DNA of 63,232 nt, filler included, from Chiloscyllium plagiosum (Eukaryota): assembly GCF_004010195.1 (NCBI RefSeq). It is 7 parts of one record of this genome, joined end to end, with 100 filler letters (N's around TTAATTAATTAA, not from the genome) between each part and the next. Parts side by side here need not be neighbours in the genome. Positions count along the whole stretch, not along the records: positions 59,225 to 63,232 come from NC_057717.1; 6 more parts are not named here. The stretch is one strand, 5' to 3'. The notes beneath the pieces are model-generated. The model did not search any database. It had not been told where the DNA came from and saw nothing but the letters and a program-made list of their open reading frames with translations. Every line of letters starts with the position of its first letter. The stretch's first letter is position 1. Positions 61,031-63,232 of the stretch are shown one piece after another. The translations under genes were made by a program, and so were the position numbers.

Positions 61031-61868
61031 AAAGTTTGGGTGAAGATTTGTAGCTCGGGTGCTCGTTGTTGTGGTTCTATTCGCCGAGCTGTAAATGTTT
61101 GTTGCAAACGTTTCGTCCCCTGGCTAGGTGACATCCTCAGTGCTTGGGAGCCTCCTGTTAAGCGCTTCTGTGTTGTTTCCTCCGGCATTTATAGTGGCCT
61201 GTCCCTGCCGCTTCTGGTTGTCAGTTTCAGCTGTCCGCTGTAGTGGCCGGTATATTGGGTTCAGGTCGATGTGTCTGTTGATGGAGTTTGTGGATGAGTG
61301 CCATGCTTCTCGGAATTCCCTGGCTGTTCTTTGTTTGGCTTGCCCTATAATGGTAGTGTTGTCCCAGTCGAATTCATGTTGCTTGTCCTCTGCGTGTGTG
61401 GCTACTAAGGATAGCTTGTCATGTCGTTTTGTGGCTAGTTGATGATCATGGAGGCGGATCGTTCGCTGTCCTCCTGTTTGTCCTATATAGTGTTTTGTGC
61501 AGTCCTTGCATGGGATTTTGGACACTACATTAGTTTTTCTCATGCTGGGTATCGGGTCCTTCGTTCTGGTGAGTTGTTGTCTGAGGGTGGGTGTTGGTTT
61601 GTGTGCTGTTATAAGTCCTAGTGGTCGCAGTAGTCTGGCTGTCAGTTCTGAAATGCTCCTGATGTATGGTAGTGTGGCTAGTCCTTTGGGTTGCGGCATG
61701 CCCTCGTTCCATTGTCTTTCTCTTTGGCATCTGTTGATGAAACTGCGCGGGTATCTGCTTCTGGCGAATACCTTGTACAGGTGTTCCTCTTCCTCTTTTT
61801 GCAGTTCTGGTGTGCTGCAGTGTGCTGTGGCCCTTTTGAATAGTGTCTTGATGCAGCTTCGTTGATGC
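61031..61868 (-). mobile_element. Penelope-like (Poseidon-type) 3' fragment with open GIY-YIG endonuclease frame, inserted in the LTR
   Basis: KRSCIKTLFKRA..TLPYIRSISE..NVVSKIPCKDCTKHYIGQTG..RLHDH..AREFREAWHS..SINRH. The terminal repeat matches 29805-30085. Confidence 0.95.
61104..61143 (-). ncRNA. Minimal hammerhead ribozyme motif in Penelope terminal repeat
   Basis: GCA-CTGAGGA-TGTCACCTAGCCAGGGGAC-GAAA-CGTT-TGC. Confidence 0.7.
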
Positions 61869-61989
61869 ATCAATGGTAATTCACCAAAATAAAAGACCGT
61901 ATGTGCTACAGATTTCATTTAAATTTGGTCAAGAAGTTTATGACATGTAAGATATAAATAGAAAAAATGGTTACCTCACTACAGAAGAA

Positions 61990-62520
61990 CCATTAGAACA
62001 TACGAAATGTGAATAGACCATCCCCAGCCCAGCTGACTCTGACTTTACATTTTATCATGCTTGATTCAACATGCCTCACATTCATTTTCATAATATTACC
62101 CTAATGCCTTGATTCATCTATTTATCAAAATCTATTTCAGCTTTAGAAATACACAACAACACATGCACTCCAGCTATCTGTAACAGAGTCCCAGAGACTC
62201 ACATTTCTCTGAGGCAAGAAATTCCTCCTCATCTCTGACTTCAATTGGCACACTTTAATTCTGAGACAGTGCACTCTTGGCTTATATTTCTCCAAAGGGG
62301 GAAACATACTCCCAGAATTGACCATGTAAGGCTGCTTAATATATTTCAATAAGATCGGATCTCATTCTTCTGAATTCCAAGGTGGAAACTCCCAAACTGT
62401 TTAGGCATTGTCTACAAGCCAATGCCTCAGTACCAGGGATCATCCCCGTGAACTGTTTCTGAAAGGTCTCCTTTGAAATGTTATCTGTTCAGAAATAAGA
62501 TTTTGGCTGAGCAGTACCTT
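61990..62520 (-). mobile_element. Old CR1 3' fragment
   Basis: MFPPLEKYKPRVHCLRIK..LKSEMRRNF..QRNVSLWDS resembles the CR1 ORF2 C-terminus. Confidence 0.7.
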
Positions 62521-63232
62521 TTCAAATTTAGAGAAAATCTTCCATCCTCTTGTACCTCAGTGAAGCTTCCTTTTATGATTCAAAAGGAGGAGAATGTTTC
62601 TTTCCGTTTTTCTTTTTCTTGGACAAGAGAGAGATAGCAAGTGACAATGATAATTGTGGTTTTGCATTGACTTCGCAACGGCTGTTTTTATAGGCTGGCC
62701 TTTTATTGAAACAGTCGATGACCAGTCGTCGAATATTACACCAAATTATTAAGTACGTCAATTGGAAAAAAATAACTTTTTTCTTATATTTTAACTGTGC
62801 GATAAAAATCAAGCATATTTTGCTGGAAGCGTCATAATAGGCCAATCGATTCATATCAGGAACACACCGCCTTTTAAAAAAGGGAGCATAAGGACTTTTC
62901 CTATCCCAATAATGTACGTCTGGATATGGATGCCGGTGGGGATGGATGAGGGGCGGTTGGGATCCGGTCTGCTCATGTCCTTAACAATTGAAATGTGAAG
63001 TAACTGTCAGGCTTGAGATTGAATTACTCTGGTACGATCACCTGACCAGAGTAGAATCAGATGGGAACTATAATATTTTCAGTCATCTCTCTCCCTTTGC
63101 AAGTATACTAAACATCGCTTGGAGAAATATTGTTTCAACACATGAATCTCAGGCATTCAAGTTAAATCTCGAACTCATTTAGGACTTAACCAAAAACATC
63201 GACACAATTGCCTTCTATCTGTCCTGCTGATA

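Larger units (their letters stand above)
59225..61910 (-). mobile_element. 5' end of a probable endogenous retrovirus (class I-like): LTR, PBS-Pro, splice donor, long leader, gag N-terminus; truncated by gap
   Basis: LTR ~61910-60552 (TGTAGCAC...GCGCTAATA, TATA-like at ~60700, AATAAA at 60618-60613), split by a Penelope insertion. PBS 60549-60531; GGTGAGT donor at ~60497-60491; Met-Gly start at 59708. No pol is visible, so ERV versus LTR retrotransposon is inferred from architecture. Confidence 0.7.

Overview
This is eukaryotic, repeat-dense vertebrate DNA. The repeat set (HE1-type V-SINEs, CR1 LINEs with an esterase ORF1, Penelope-like elements, a SCAN-domain Gmr1 Gypsy) and the GPR139/142-like receptor family point to a shark genome; this is an inference. 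The window is a draft assembly: six N-gaps carry an artificial TTAATTAATTAA linker, so adjacency across them is not guaranteed. The only long, clearly host-like reading frame is the main coding exon of a class A orphan GPCR (GPR139/142-like, 51391-52298, +). A decayed paralog lies at ~44.6-45.15 kb. Most of the rest is nested transposable elements: a two-LTR Gmr1-type Gypsy relic (4712-11572, -), two 5'-containing CR1s, many CR1 fragments, Penelope-like elements with minimal hammerhead ribozyme motifs, and two Harbinger transposase relics in an old duplication. The main leads are: (1) the 5' end of a probable endogenous retrovirus (LTR, tRNA-Pro PBS, splice donor, an intact 167-codon leader ORF, Met-Gly gag start); (2) a tandem array of at least 6 homologous 60-78 nt splice-flanked micro-exon candidates at 29.3-34.9 kb; (3) ~215-bp fold-back, TSD-flanked Penelope-derived mini-elements with hammerhead cores on both strands. 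All calls were made by eye, and boundaries of decayed repeats are approximate.
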